This document shows positions 25,041 through 37,523 of a DNA stretch of 61,906 bases, one piece after another. The notes under the pieces were generated by a model that made no database searches, was not told the DNA's origin, and saw nothing but the letters and a program-made list of their open reading frames with translations. The stretch covers positions 96,511,309 through 96,573,214 of the forward strand of contig NC_068983.1 of NCBI RefSeq assembly GCF_001194135.2, in the 5' to 3' direction. Origin of the DNA: Octopus bimaculoides. Taxonomy: Eukaryota. The position numbers were made by a program, and so were the translations under genes. The stretch's first letter is position 1. Every line of letters begins with the position of its first letter.

Positions 25041-26553
25041 ATGCATGCATGCATGTATGTATGTATGTATGTACGTATGTATGTATGTATGTATGTATAA
25101 AGCTCAACTCGGTGAAATAAGCAGGCTATCCGTGTACAACAATCGAATGTGACACTCAGGTGAGTTCCCGTTCCTCTGATCCTGTTAAATATTTTTAACT
25201 TGTGCGTCCCCCCCCCTTCCATATGTGTGTGTGTGTGTGTGTGTGTGTGTATGCATATATGCTGAGACTGACTGAGTAGGGGATAGATAGATAGATAGAT
25301 AGGTAGACGAAGAAAACATTGATCATGTTTTGAGCTTTTCAATTACTTGACGCAGAAACTGATACGCTAAAATTTCAAAGTGAGATGAATGCTCTTCATT
25401 CATTAGATGTTAGCTTCTGAGTCTGAAGTAAGCCTCCGAGTGGTCGGAAGTTTTCTCTTGATTTCTGTGAAACTTTAAGAAATGTTAATCTGAATCAATA
25501 TTTTAATACCTACCTACCTACCTACCTACATACATACATACATACATACATGGCTTACAAATCTAGACATCAGTTGCTGATTAACTATTTTACTAATCAA
25601 TGTAATGTTGATCGGGGATTTCTGGCTAAACTAAATTATGGAGCTAGTGATCTATTCAAAACACATATAAGGTTGGTCTCATTAGTTAAGGACAGCTTGC
25701 TGCTGGCATCTAAGAAAACATAGCAGCTACAGGTTTTAGCCACTACACTATATGAAAGTACTAATATACTGACTTACGTTTATTTGGTTATTTAACCTGC
25801 AGCATTATATAACGTATCGTCTGGCAGTAAGTATCAGAAGAGTGATAATTTGCCGGAAGAATTTGTCTCTACAGATGCCAGATTTATATTTCTGTCTTCT
25901 TCAGCGAAACCACTGTTTGTTTGAATATCTGGAATTCAACATAAACTGACAATTGAATATCTGGAATTCAGCATAGCCAACAATTTAGCTCCCTGTTGTT
26001 ATATGAAATACCTTTGTTTAAGATATCACATATTCGACATGTGTTCCCACAGTTTTCTAAATAATTAGAACAAAGAGCTGAAGTTTCTCTTCTTGCAAAT
26101 GATGATAGTATCAGCAATTAAAAGTATTTATGGGAACCGTGCAAAATTCTATTGATATCTTCTAGGGACACTTATTCTTGCTTTATAAACCAGCACTCTG
26201 ATAATACACTATTCATGAAACAGTTCAATGGTTTTTCTTGTGATAGAAAGTCTCTGAGTGTATATTTTCGGTGGTGATATAAAATCTGAGAAACAATTTA
26301 ATCTAGGTAAGAAGAGCTAATTTTAACGATAATAGCGTAGAAGGCATGGACACATCTTGTGCTGATGTGAAATGACATGCAGTTACATATATTGGTTATG
26401 AACACGAAATTGAACGGGAAAGGGCATTATTAATATGTACAGCAATGGAAACATTCACGTATGCCAATATATTCATACATACGTACACACACACACACAC
26501 ACACAAATATATATGTATGTATGTTTATGTCTATTAAAATGAATGTGTGTATG

Positions 26554-26598
<45 letters not shown>

Positions 26599-26964
26599 NN
26601 NNNNNNNNNNNNNNNNNNNNNNNNNNNNNNNNNNNNNNNNNNNNNNNNNNNNNNNNNNNNNNNNNNNNNNNNNNNNNNNNNNNNNNNNNNNNNNNNNNNN
26701 NNNNNNNNNNNNNNNNNNNNNNNNNNNNNNNNNNNNNNNNNNNNNNNNNNNNNNNNNNNNNNNNNNNNNNNNNNNNNNNNNNNNNNNNNNNNNNNNNNNN
26801 NNNNNNNNNNNNNNNNNNNNNNNNNNNNNNNNNNNNNNNNNNNNNNNNNNNNNNNNNNNNNNNNNNNNNNNNNNNNNNNNNNNNNNNNNNNNNNNNNNNN
26901 NNNNNNNNNNNNNNCACACACACACAAACACACACACACACACACGCACACACACACAAACAAA

Positions 26965-27001
<37 letters not shown>

Positions 27002-27225
27002 TTCTTTTATACGTCTCGGCCCAAAGGCTGTGGCCATGCTGGGGCACCGTTTTGAAATGGCGTTGAATAGCTATGGGCACTTGAATCCCAATTTATTGCT
27101 GTGCATGTGCCTCGTCCTAGATGGGATAGCAGGGACCTTTAGGGAAGTGCAGTAACGACCTGTTTGGTGACTGGTATAACTCTCAATGCCAAAGGTTGGT
27201 ATCAAACCCTGAGGAATGTATGTAT

Positions 27226-27585
27226 GTTCGGACTCCCAATCATGAGGTAGTGAGTTCGATTCCCGGACCAGGCTGTGTGTTGTGTTCTATAGTTTTGGGC
27301 TAACCAAAACCTTGTGAGCGTATATTGTAGGCGAAGACACTTTATTTCACATTGCTTCAGTTCACTCAGCTGTAGAAATGAGTTGCAACATCACTGGTGC
27401 CAAGCTGTTTCAGCCTTTGCCTTTGACTTGGACAACATTGGTGGCATGGAGCGGCGGAGGCTGGGGTGTATGGGCGTCTGATGGTCTTTCATAAACAACC
27501 TTGCCTGGACTTGTGCTTTGGAAAGGAACTTTCTAGGTGCAATCCCATGGTCATTCATGACTGAAGGAGGTCTTTACTCTTTACC
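27226..27585 (+). mobile_element. tRNA-headed SINE, near full length, with ~45 bp internal insertion
   Basis: GGACTCCCAATCATGAGGTAGTGAGTTCGATTCCCGGACC...CCCATGGTCATTCATGACTGAAGG; same head as the copies at 8811 and 9884. Confidence 0.85.
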
Positions 27586-28084
27586 CTGACACCTCCCTCT
27601 ATTACAATTGTATTATGATGATCTATGAATTACGCACAAATAAAGAAGTAGGAAATTTCATGGAATTTCTATACATTTCCCTAGTTATACGCTATTACAA
27701 ATCAACACCTCTATACTGCAGATATGTAGAATACACGCAACCCCCACCGCACCCCTGCTCCAATATATTACATATTAACAAGCATCTACGTATTTTTATC
27801 TTTTACTTTTTGTCAGTCACTGAACTGCGGCCCTGTTAGGGCACCATTTTCAAGGAATTAGGCAAATATTGAAGTTTGGTCCCTTGCCGAACCGCTAAGT
27901 TGCGGGGATCAAACATAAACACACACATGCACACACAATACACAACACACACATATACATATCATACATACAAACATACATATAAACATACAAACATACA
28001 TACATACATACATACATACATAGAGATAGACCCCCNNNNNNNNNNACAAACATACATACATACATACATACATACATAGAGATA

Positions 28085-28320
28085 GACCCCCCCCCCACTT
28101 CGGTCATGAATGACCATGGGATAGCACCTACAAAGTTCCCCTCCTAGGCACATGTCCGGAAAAGGTTGTTTATGGAAGACAAGCAATCGCCCATGCATAC
28201 CTGCTTCTCTCCACACCACCCATCTTGTCCAAGGAAAAGGCAAGGGCCGATACAGCTTGGCACCTGTGACATCGCAAATCAATTCTACAGCTGAAGGAAC
28301 TGGAACAACGTGAAATAAAG
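28085..28320 (-). mobile_element. 3' part of the 27226 SINE family, inverted
   Basis: Reverse complement aligns to 27340-27572. Confidence 0.85.
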
Positions 28321-28668
28321 AGCCTTCGCCTACAACATACGCTCACAAGTTAGCCAAACCTATAGCAGAAAACATTTGCCTAAATTGTTATGCAGCTCCC
28401 TCAAATATATCCTTACTCTCATGCGAAAAAGAGTTGGTTCCCAAATTAAATGATGAGACAGTAGGTTCCGAAATTAAGTGATGATGTTCACGCCTGCAAC
28501 GCATTCAATTATTGATCTGTTCAAATACTGGTGGGAAATGTATAAAAATAAAACCATACACAAAACATTTCTAACAACAATATTTCTATGTACTCATTTC
28601 ATAATGTGACTGTAGCATTCTAATGTGCGTGTGTGTATTTTTTAATATATATATATATAAATATATAT

Positions 28669-28858
28669 GAAGGCGGCGAGCTAGCAGAATTGTTATCACA
28701 CCGGATGGAATACTTAGTGGCATATCAAGCGTCGTCACGTTCTGACTTCGAATTTATCTTTCATCCTTTCGGGGGTCGATAAAATTAGTACCCGTTTAAT
28801 CCTGAAGTCGATGCAATCGGCTTAACCCGCTCCTCGAAATTGCTGGCTTTGTGCCAAA
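28669..28858 (+). mobile_element. SINE family A (GGCGAGCTGGCAGAA...TTTCATCCTTTCGGGGTCGAT)
   Basis: Homologous to copies at 35234, 35470, 41932, 49047 and 54312. Confidence 0.85.
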
Positions 28859-29379
28859 CACAGATACAAAGACACAGACATATATGCATAACGACGGGCT
28901 TAAACGTACTTCAGTTTCCGGCCACCAGAGCCATTCAGAAGACTTTAATCGACCCGAGGCCATAGTTGAGCACACTTGCCCAATGTGTCACGAACTGGAA
29001 CTGAACCCAAAACCATATGGTTTGGGACCAAGATTCTTACTACATACCCACGCCTAGATACATACATACATATATATATATATATGTATGTGTGTGTGTA
29101 TGTATATATATATACACACACACACACAAACACACAAATGTATATACTGTGGAAAAAGAGAGAGCGAACAAGCAAAAGAGAGAGAAGGAGAGAGAGAGAG
29201 AGACGCGGGGAGAGAAATACATTAAGAACACATACCAGTGGGATGCGATAGACACCCGCTACGTTTGTGTCTGCGTTAAACATTTTCCCAACCGACTTCA
29301 ATTAGGCATAAGATAATGTTTTCAGAAGTGGTATTTGTCTTCATTGTCTACAAACTCACTCACTCACTCACTCACTCAT

Positions 29380-29431
<52 letters not shown>

Positions 29432-29576
29432 TCTCTCTCCCCTCCCTCCCTCTCTCTCTCTCTCTCTCTCACACACACGCACAAACACATATGCACACAT
29501 ACAGACAGACACAAATACGTGCACAGTCACCCCATCACATATATTATGAATCTTTGTATGTAAATATGTATATACG

Positions 29577-29607
<31 letters not shown>

Positions 29608-29808
29608 ATATGTATGTATGTCTGTATGTATGTATTATCCATCTATCTATCTATCTATCTATCTAACCATCCATCCACCCATCTATCTATCTGTCAGTTT
29701 GTCCATCATCCATCTATCCATCCATCCGTTTGTCCGTCTGTCTGTCTATCCATCTGTCTATCCATCTGTCTATCTACCTGGCTGTCTGTCTCTCTATATT
29801 TATATGTA

Positions 29809-30695
29809 TAGGGTCATCCCCAAAATAATGCGTTTTTTTCTTTTTTTCAATTGCATGAGCTAAACATCGGAGGGGAACGGGATAAACTACCTGCGTCAAC
29901 TTACTATAAAAGCAGGTAATAATTTCATCTTGTGCTTATTCTCTGTGCAAGTTTGAAGAATGCAGTTCGATTTTAACAGTTATTTTTTCAATGCTATAAT
30001 GGAAGTGACAAAAGAGTATATTCGGAATATTTTGCCTTACGAGTTCAATAAAGGCAGCAACGCAACGAAACGTGCGAGGGGAATTAATGCAGGATCGGAC
30101 AATAAGCGTAAGCAAGTGTCAACGGTGGTTCCAGAAATTCCGAGCCGGAAACTACTGCCTAGAAGACGAGCCTCGTCCTGGAAAATCTATAGAGCTCGAC
30201 GAGGACGTCTTGCAAACTCTGGTGGAACAAAATCCCATCATAACTGTTGAGGAACTAGCAGAGAGCTTGGATATGATCATTCAACCATTCATCGACATCT
30301 GCATGCCATCGGAAAAGTCATCAAATTGAGTCAATGGGTTCCTCACAAACTTATCGAGTCTGATCGCCCGCAGAGAGTGACTGTGTGCACTTCTTTGCTG
30401 TCACATCTCACGAATGAACTTTTTTAAGGCTGAATAGTGACTGATGATGAGAAATAGGTTCCCTATAAAGATGTCAAGCGCCGAAGACAATAAGTAAGGA
30501 AAGGAGAAACACCGGCACCTCAGGCTAAAGAAGGTCTTCACCCACGTAAGGTATTGTTATCTATTTGGTGGGATACGAAAGGTTTAATCCACTTTGAACT
30601 TTTAAACCCAAACCAAACGATTACAAAGGAGAGCTACTGCAAGCAGCTTGAGCGGCTTAAGTTTAAAAAACCGCATTATTTATGGGATGGTCCAA
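29809..30695 (+). mobile_element. Mariner non-autonomous deletion derivative with both TIRs and TA TSD
   Basis: TIRs TAGGGTCATCCCCAAAATAATGCGTTTTT and (reverse complement) TTGGACCATCCCATAAATAATGCGGTTTTT; pseudo-ORF from ATG 29999: MEVTKEYIR..QRWFQKFRAG..LEDEPRPG..WVPHKL..IVTDDEK..KVLLSIWWD..YCKQLERL, then straight into the right TIR. Confidence 0.92.
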
Positions 30696-30704
30696 TATAT
30701 ATAT

Positions 30705-30868
30705 TCTTTTATTCTTTTACTTGTTTCAGTCATTTTGACTGCGGCCATGATGGAGCACGACTTTGAAAGATTCTAGCTGAACAAGTCGATCCCAGGACTT
30801 TTTTTTATGGCTGGTACTTATTCTATTGTTTTCTTTTTCCGAACCACTAAGTTACGGGGACGTAAACA
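30705..30868 (-). mobile_element. 3' half of the (CA/TG)n-containing SINE family
   Basis: TTTTACTTGTTTCAGTCATTTTGACTGCGGCCATG...CCGAACCACTAAGTTACGGGGACGTAAAC. Confidence 0.85.
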
Positions 30869-31300
30869 TCACGAGGTTCTGGATATATTCCAGGCCTGCG
30901 TTTGCAATCAAGTCATCGATGTAAATGTGGCTACGTTTTCCTCTTTTTACATCTCCATGAAGTGGGTTCGACAAGACTGATGAAGAGGCTACCTGCTCAG
31001 AGTGGCGCAAGCAGAGATCAGATTATCGCAGCCGTATTTGCTTGATCTTCTTGCCAACTTTCGGCGGGTCTCTATAAAGGTATTCATTACTCTTATGTTG
31101 CTGCCATTTCACATTTAGAGTCATTCGTAGCATCCTTGTGTAGCATCCATTTAGCCCGCTTGGTAATTTCTTTGTCAGAGTCCATCTTTCACTGCACTGA
31201 TTCGATGCCTCTGTTACAGATTCATTTTAGTTATTTCCCATAGCTCTTTTTATTGAAATTATGGAAACGATTAAAAATTTTCCAAAGTTGTTCTCTGTAA
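30869..31300 (-). mobile_element. RTE-clade LINE RT C-terminal fragment
   Basis: WTLTKKLPSGLNGCYTRMLRMTLNVKWQQHKSNEYLYRDPPKVGKKIKQIRLR*..CLRHSEQVASS..HGDVKRGKRSHIYIDDL matches the RTE post-RT consensus pattern. Confidence 0.8.
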
Positions 31301-32519
31301 GGAAAGCCTTTGTCAATTGTTCAAAACAGATTCTTTTAGATTATGTAATGTTGATGAGGTACAACTAAACAGAAGCATGTCCGCAAACGTGTTCTTGACT
31401 GCAATCAGTATCAGCATTTTACACCAAATTATGTAAATTAGTTCTGCAAAATTTATTCCTAATTTTTTTTTGTACAGAGGCGATAATGATTTATGCCAGG
31501 TTTTTTTTTCTTTCTTCAAATAAGAGGTAAATTTCACTTGAGAATTTTATGTACGTCGACTCTTTTCGAAACGATTCGTCTATTCAAGTTATTTCCCTTA
31601 GATTATTTCATTTTTTTTTTACACTATATATGTGTAAGTGCGTAAACATGTGTGTGTCTGTATGTACATACATACAGAGAGAGAGAGAGAAAGAGAGAGG
31701 GAAGGGAGAGAGATTCATAGATAAAAAGACAGGTAGAGAGAGAGAAAAAAGAGAAGCGGCGACAGGGGGAGAAAGAGAGAGAGAAGGGAGGAGAGAGAGG
31801 GAGACCGAGGGAAAGAAAGACAGATAGATATGAATATATACCTACACAGCAATAACATACGCGTTGTGTGTATGCGTGTGTAGACGTGTTGATGTGAACC
31901 ACATTATTAAACTGTACGATGAAGTGTACGTAGATAGGAATCAGATTGAGACATAAATTTTATGGTCTTCATTTGTTAAACAAGCTATAAATTTAATAAT
32001 CAATATTTAGAATAATAACACATAAATACAGATTTGTTATCAAATGTGAGATATAAAGACGCTATATTGTAGGAATAAATAACTCACGGAATACTAGATA
32101 TTGATTTGCGAACAGGTTAGATGCAATTTCAGACAACACAAATTGAATACCAATTAAATTGGTAGCTTTTCCTTTCCATCCACGTAGCATCGTGAATAGC
32201 TAGCTCTATTTCTTCCCCCACACTAACCTCGGTCTTCTGCTATCAAAATTCTTTTCTTCTTTCGGCCTCTTTCCTAACCCCGGTTCTCTGCGCTCTTCGA
32301 CTTCACCATTAATAAAGAGCAGTGAAATTATTATATGATACTGGCAATTTTGGCAACATTCGGCATTTCCTTTCTATTTTATGCTTTCATATTATATATA
32401 CTTATAAGAGTGTGGGTGCATGCTAATGAGTATGTTCAAGTTGGTAATAATTCACACACTCATACACACACACGCGCGCACGCCCACACGCATGCACACA
32501 TAAATTCTAAGTGTGTATG

Positions 32520-32593
<74 letters not shown>

Positions 32594-33706
32594 TGTATGC
32601 ATATATGTATACATATGTATGTGTGTGTGTGTATGCACATACGCACGCGCGCACACACAGAAACACACACACAATCGTGTGTGCATGCATATTTTATATA
32701 CTGCAGCTCACAGTTTCATCAGCGCTCAAATCTATGAACCACTGCAATATACACAAGTAGTTGGAACACTTCTATGCCTATATCTCCACATCCATTCACA
32801 TGTGCCAACATCTACTTTGTGAAGGGAATGATAACTCCTATCAATTACGGGACTGGTGGTATGGTTTATATAGATAGCATTTCATTGAATATTGCTTATG
32901 CCCATCCTTCGCCTCCGCCAGACGTACAGCTTTCGCTCCCACCTCAGCCCATGAGAGGATGATTAGCAATCACAAAGAATATGCACATACAAATGTAAAG
33001 ATATAAATATATATGCATACATTATAAGAAAATGAAACACGAATAAACTTCATTAGCCCACGGCTGTTTCTGCTATAAGATGCAATGGACTCATAGTTGA
33101 GTGCCTGAGTAATATCTTATAGCTTCATCGGAGCCTCGAATAATAGGCATGTTTGACATATCACATTCATGATATATCAAAGATTAACCTTTCCCTTGAG
33201 AGTTACAAAATATTTCAGCCATAAATAATTTGTAACCTTCTACAGGGCTATGGGACGCCCGTACTACAATACTGTTTCCATATCTGAGACGGTGCTTTTA
33301 TCTAAAAAAAAAGGATTAAGATGAAGTCGTTCAAAAATATACTGTATCCTCTGCTTCCTGTTACTTCTAGAGTAGCCTCTGCTCCTTAGAGCTAGCTAAG
33401 CTCATCTCATCTTCAATGAGGAGCTACCAACATGTTCGTCGCTCCTTCTTTAGTTAATCATATTGCATCCATTCCAAACTTGCACATCTCTGGAATCTTT
33501 TCTTCTACCGGCTTTTTTTGCAGCCATAGACCTACGACAGTTCAAGCAGAAATTTAGTGGCATTGATCACAAAGGTGTCAGTGACATTGCGATGGCAAAG
33601 TCTCTTACCCCAGACCAAATCTGTAAATAGGATACATACCCTCATTCATACACATACATACAGTCACAAATACATACATACATGCATGCATACATACATA
33701 CATACA

Positions 33707-33737
<31 letters not shown>

Positions 33738-34159
33738 TCGGCAGAAATATAGAAAAAAGTTGGAATTGCAGAAACAAGATAGTTGCAGCATAGCACCACG
33801 TCTTTCTATTTCAAATTTTGAAAATGAAGAAAATTTGTGAAACCGGTTAAGTCTTTAGAAACTTTTAAATAAAAAAATCTAAATGAATACCAGTATATTT
33901 TCAACTTCTTGATGTGTGTGTGTGTGTGTGTGTACAAGATCCACATATGTTTGGCAGACTTTACATGCAACCAGCAGCTGTCCAACATTGTCATCATACT
34001 TCCACATTCTTTCGTGGTATACCATCGTGTTTGAGACATTTTACAATAACAAAGTACAATAACAACAGCTATAGTTCCGACGATAGTTGAAAATATTTTC
34101 CAAAGTAATTGAAGCTGGTTGTCACCGCTTCTGTCCAGGATACATTTCTCCTGAATCAT

Positions 34160-34186
34160 TTATCATCATCATCATCATCATCATCG

Positions 34187-34229
<43 letters not shown>

Positions 34230-34256
34230 TATCATCATCATCATTATTATTATTAT
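34160..34256. repeat. (ATC)n/(ATT)n microsatellite
   Basis: Direct reading. Confidence 0.95.
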
Positions 34257-34678
34257 TACTGGTATTGTAACCGTCTTGAGATGCTGCATCTTTTCGATTT
34301 CGATTAGCAGATCTGTATATTTTCTGAGCTTATCAAATTCTTTTGCCGAGATATTATGATCAAAGAGTATGCTCATGTCAATCAATAAACAGACTTTATT
34401 GTTTTTATCTTTTTCAACAATATCTGGTTTATTTGCCTAGATTGTCCAATCTAGATTTGCCTAGATTGTCCAATCTTTGGGACTGGGAAGTCCCAAAGAC
34501 TAGTTACATTTTCTCCTTCAGTTACAGCCTCAGAATGGTGCTTGTACCATTTGTCAGCAGTTTTGATTTTGTAATGCCGATACATTATCCAATGTAGTTA
34601 TTGGCCAACTCTGTCATGTCTTGATTTCTACTCTATTTGTGATAAAACCTTACATCCGGAGATTAGGTGTTATCGGCA
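34255..34678 (-). mobile_element. R4/Dong-type LINE internal fragment (end of CCHC plus RLE), a third subfamily
   Basis: LISGCKVLSQIE*KSRHDRVGQ*LHWIMYRHY..KWYKHHSEAVTEGENVT.LWDFPV..NKPDIV..CLLIDMSI..NISAKEFDKLRKY.DLLIEIEKM.HLKTVTIPV. Confidence 0.85.
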
Positions 34679-34707
34679 CTTTCAGGCCTTGTTCCTACCG
34701 TAGAAGG

Positions 34708-34757
<50 letters not shown>

Positions 34758-34930
34758 GGTAGCGAGTTGGCACGCCGGGTGAATTACTTAATTATAAGGC
34801 CGGCTTTGCCTTTCATCCTTTCAGGGTCGATAAAATAAGTATCACCTGAGTAACGGGTTCAATGTAATCGATTGTCCCCCTCCCCCAAATTGTAGGCCTT
34901 ATGCCTATAATAGAAAGAATTATTGTTATT
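34678..34930 (+). mobile_element. SINE A tail plus (ATT)n, then an internally deleted SINE A copy ending in ATT repeats
   Basis: TTTCAGGCCTTGTTCCTACCGTAGAAGG(ATT)n followed by GGTAGCGAGTTGGCACGCCGGG...GGCCTTATGCCTATAATAGAAAGAATTATT. Confidence 0.8.
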
Positions 34931-34932
34931 AT

Positions 34933-35232
34933 TGAGGCGCATGGCCTGGTGGTCAGCGTGTTGCCCATACGATCGCAAGATCGTAGTTTCAATTCCTAGA
35001 CCAAGTAGTGCGTTGTGTTCTTGAGCAAAACACTTCGTCTCACGGTGCTGTTGCGATCACTTCGACACCAAACGCCTGGTACACCGTGCACCTGTCTAGG
35101 CAACTAGATTCGATGGAGAGAGTGAGCTATAACAAATCACTGTAAACAAACCATTCTTGCAGATCATTTGGCAAAAGCTGAAAACTCATACGTGGTCTTC
35201 GATGGAAGAGTCCATCATCATTATTATCATTA
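34933..35232 (+). mobile_element. tRNA-headed SINE (GAGGCGCATGGCC...TTGTGTTCTTGAGCAAAACAC)
   Basis: A- and B-box-like motifs; (CAT/TAT) tail. Confidence 0.8.
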
Positions 35233-35233
35233 T

Positions 35234-35675
35234 TAAGTTGGTCAGCTGGCAGAAACGTTAGCGCGCCGGGCGAAATGTTTAGCGGTATTTTGTCTGCCGC
35301 TACTTTCTGAGTTCAAATTCCGCCGAGGTCGACTTTGCCTTTCATCCTTTCGGGGTCGATTAAATAAGTACTAGTTCCGCACTGGGGTCGATATAATCGA
35401 CTTAATCCGTTTTCTGTCCTTATTTATCCCCTCTATATGTAGTCCCTTGTGGGCAGTAAAAAAATAAGAATCATTAGCGCGCTGGGTGAAATGCTTAGCG
35501 GTATTTCGCCTATCGCTACACGCTGAGCTCAAATTCCGCCGAGGTCAACTTTTCTTTTCAGCCTTTCGGGTTCGATATATTAAGTACTAGTTAAACACTG
35601 GGGTCGATGTAATCGACTGGTACCCTCCCCCCAAATTTCAGACCTTGTGCCTATAGTAGACAGGATTATTATTAC
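35234..35675 (+). mobile_element. Two tandem SINE A copies (35234-35468 and 35470-35675)
   Basis: Each contains GAG(T/C)TCAAATTCCGCCGAGGTC...CTGGGGTCGAT(A/G)TAATCGACT; the second ends GGATTATTATTA. Confidence 0.9.
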
Positions 35676-36323
35676 CGTTATTGTAGTTGTTGCTGCTGTT
35701 TATCGCCAAACCTGAACGTATTTTGGAAACTCCTTGACTTTGTGCCTTGACTTCCTTTTTAGAATTCTGCTTTTGTGGATTATGTTGTCGTGCAATGTTT
35801 TTCTTTAATTATTGGCACTCTTAGGGACTGATCAGCAGCATTTTTTGGGCTTGCCCTAAGGGACAAAAGTTTGGAGGAAATTTTTTCTAAACACAGAAAT
35901 TTCAAATTTATCTTTATCGTCCTATTAGTATGAGGAGAAAATGGGAGATAGTTTTGAAGGTGAAACCATGTTTTACAATCATCTCCGACTACACAATACT
36001 ACAAACGTAATCATATTTAATAATCGTATCATCAGTATCTGTACCAGTAACATCAACGGTAACAACCATCACAACAGTAACGACCACACTAGCAGCAACA
36101 TCAGCACAGCAAGAACAATGTTATGTCAGTCAAATAAGATTTTTGAAAATTAGAAGTAGCAGCAGCTCGTGTATTGCCACCGCCATCACTTCAATAAGAA
36201 GCGGTAATGGTAACGACAACGGTTATACTCACAAGAGGAGATAGCAGTGAAAACTCAGTAAAAGGTATTACTTTTGCCAAAATCACAAACATGTTCAATT
36301 TCATCCTTTTAAACAAAAATTAT

Positions 36324-36594
36324 GTGGCACTTTGTCGCTAACGACGACGGAGGACCCAAGTTGAGCAGACCATCGGAACAGCCTGCTCGTCAAATTAACA
36401 TGCAAGTGGCTGAGCACTCCACAGACACGCGTACAAGAGGAGATTCAGCGTGACATTCATTTTTGCCAGCTGATTGAACCGGAGCAACGCAAAATAAAGC
36501 ATCTTGCTAAAGGACACAACACGTCGCTGGGGATCGAACTTTTAAACCTTACGAATGTAAGCCGATTACTCTAACCACTAAGTCATGCGCCTTC
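36324..36594 (-). mobile_element. tRNA-headed SINE, same family as 14893-15203
   Basis: GAACAGCCTGCTCGTCAAATTAACATGCAAGTGGCTGAGCACTCCACAGACAC shared with 14930-14985. Confidence 0.85.
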
Positions 36595-37471
36595 ACTAAT
36601 AATCATGTATATTTAAAAGAAGCAGAGAAACATATCTTATCCCAACACTTTTTATACCAAACAGAAAGGAAAACGTTTTTATATTTTTGTATATCGACGA
36701 AAAGACACAAATTAGAGTGTACGCCCTCAGACCAAACTAAACTCTGCTTAAGGAACATACGTTAAGACATCAGTTATGTGCGACATGCCCACAAATGCGG
36801 ATACATCTGGTTATTTTCCACCCAGGAACCTTGGCTGAGAAGCACCCCATAGTTCCACAAAAACTGAAGATTTCATAATGATACTGATGTGAAGGAGAAG
36901 GACCTCAGTATAGCTTTAATATATCACCAAAACTATACATGTAGTGGGTGGTGAAATGTGTGACTTTGGATTACTCGAGCATTTTGACAGAAAAAAAAAA
37001 GACTCTAAAAGAAAACTGTCGGGATGGGGTTGGAGATCTTGATTCAGGTGAAACCTGGGGTACGAGACAAAATCCTCAACCTAATAGAGATCCCTGAAAA
37101 ACAGCAGCAGGTAAGTGTTCCTGAATCCCATTCTATATGATCGAGTATCGTGTCATTTTATTGAGCATATTCTATACACTACATTTCTATGTCATGATAA
37201 ACATGTAATATATCGGCATTAGTTGCATGTAATAGCGTAATATTCTTTCCTATTTTATGACCTTTACTGACGTATTTCTTTAATATGGAATACATTTAAT
37301 TTTTCTACATCAGCTGAGAGTAGTAACAGACAAGGCTATAGTTTATCACTGAATCTTGTTTCTCTACAAGTTAGAAGTGAACTACCCCTCTGACTGGTTT
37401 ATAACAACTAACTTGTCATTTTGACCTTTAATTTTGCAAACCTTCCCAGTCCGCTGAGAACAAAATGATTT

Positions 37472-37523
37472 TGGAAGTCTGGAAGCCTGGAAGCCTGGAA
37501 GCCTGGAAGCCTGGAAGCCTGGA
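37472..37523. repeat. 8 bp tandem repeat (TGGAAGCC) x ~6
   Basis: Direct reading. Confidence 0.95.

Larger units (their letters stand above)
27800..29055 (-). mobile_element. (CA/TG)n-containing SINE probably split by later insertions (tail 27800-27925, head 28860-29055)
   Basis: Both halves are on the minus strand in the correct order with two other SINEs between them. Confidence 0.55.

Noticed and set aside
25921-25985. 32 bp local tandem duplication (similar ones at 43078-43105, 47260-47330 and 53150-53245)
   Set aside because: Ordinary slippage duplications with no further structure.
27995-28096. Apparent tandem duplication of CATACATAGAGATAGACCCCC
   Set aside because: The copies flank a 10-N gap; most likely overlapping contig ends (assembly artefact).
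32774-32962. Short non-repetitive ORF (MPISPHPF...PPQPMRG)
   Set aside because: No recognisable domain or splice context.
34708-34757. (ATT)n as the Dong target site of the 34255-34678 LINE fragment
   Set aside because: It is the tail of an opposite-strand SINE A fragment (34678-34757), so it is not evidence of TAA targeting.
37472-37523. CRISPR-like or functional peptide repeat
   Set aside because: Plain 8 bp tandem with no spacers, in eukaryotic context, and not frame-preserving.
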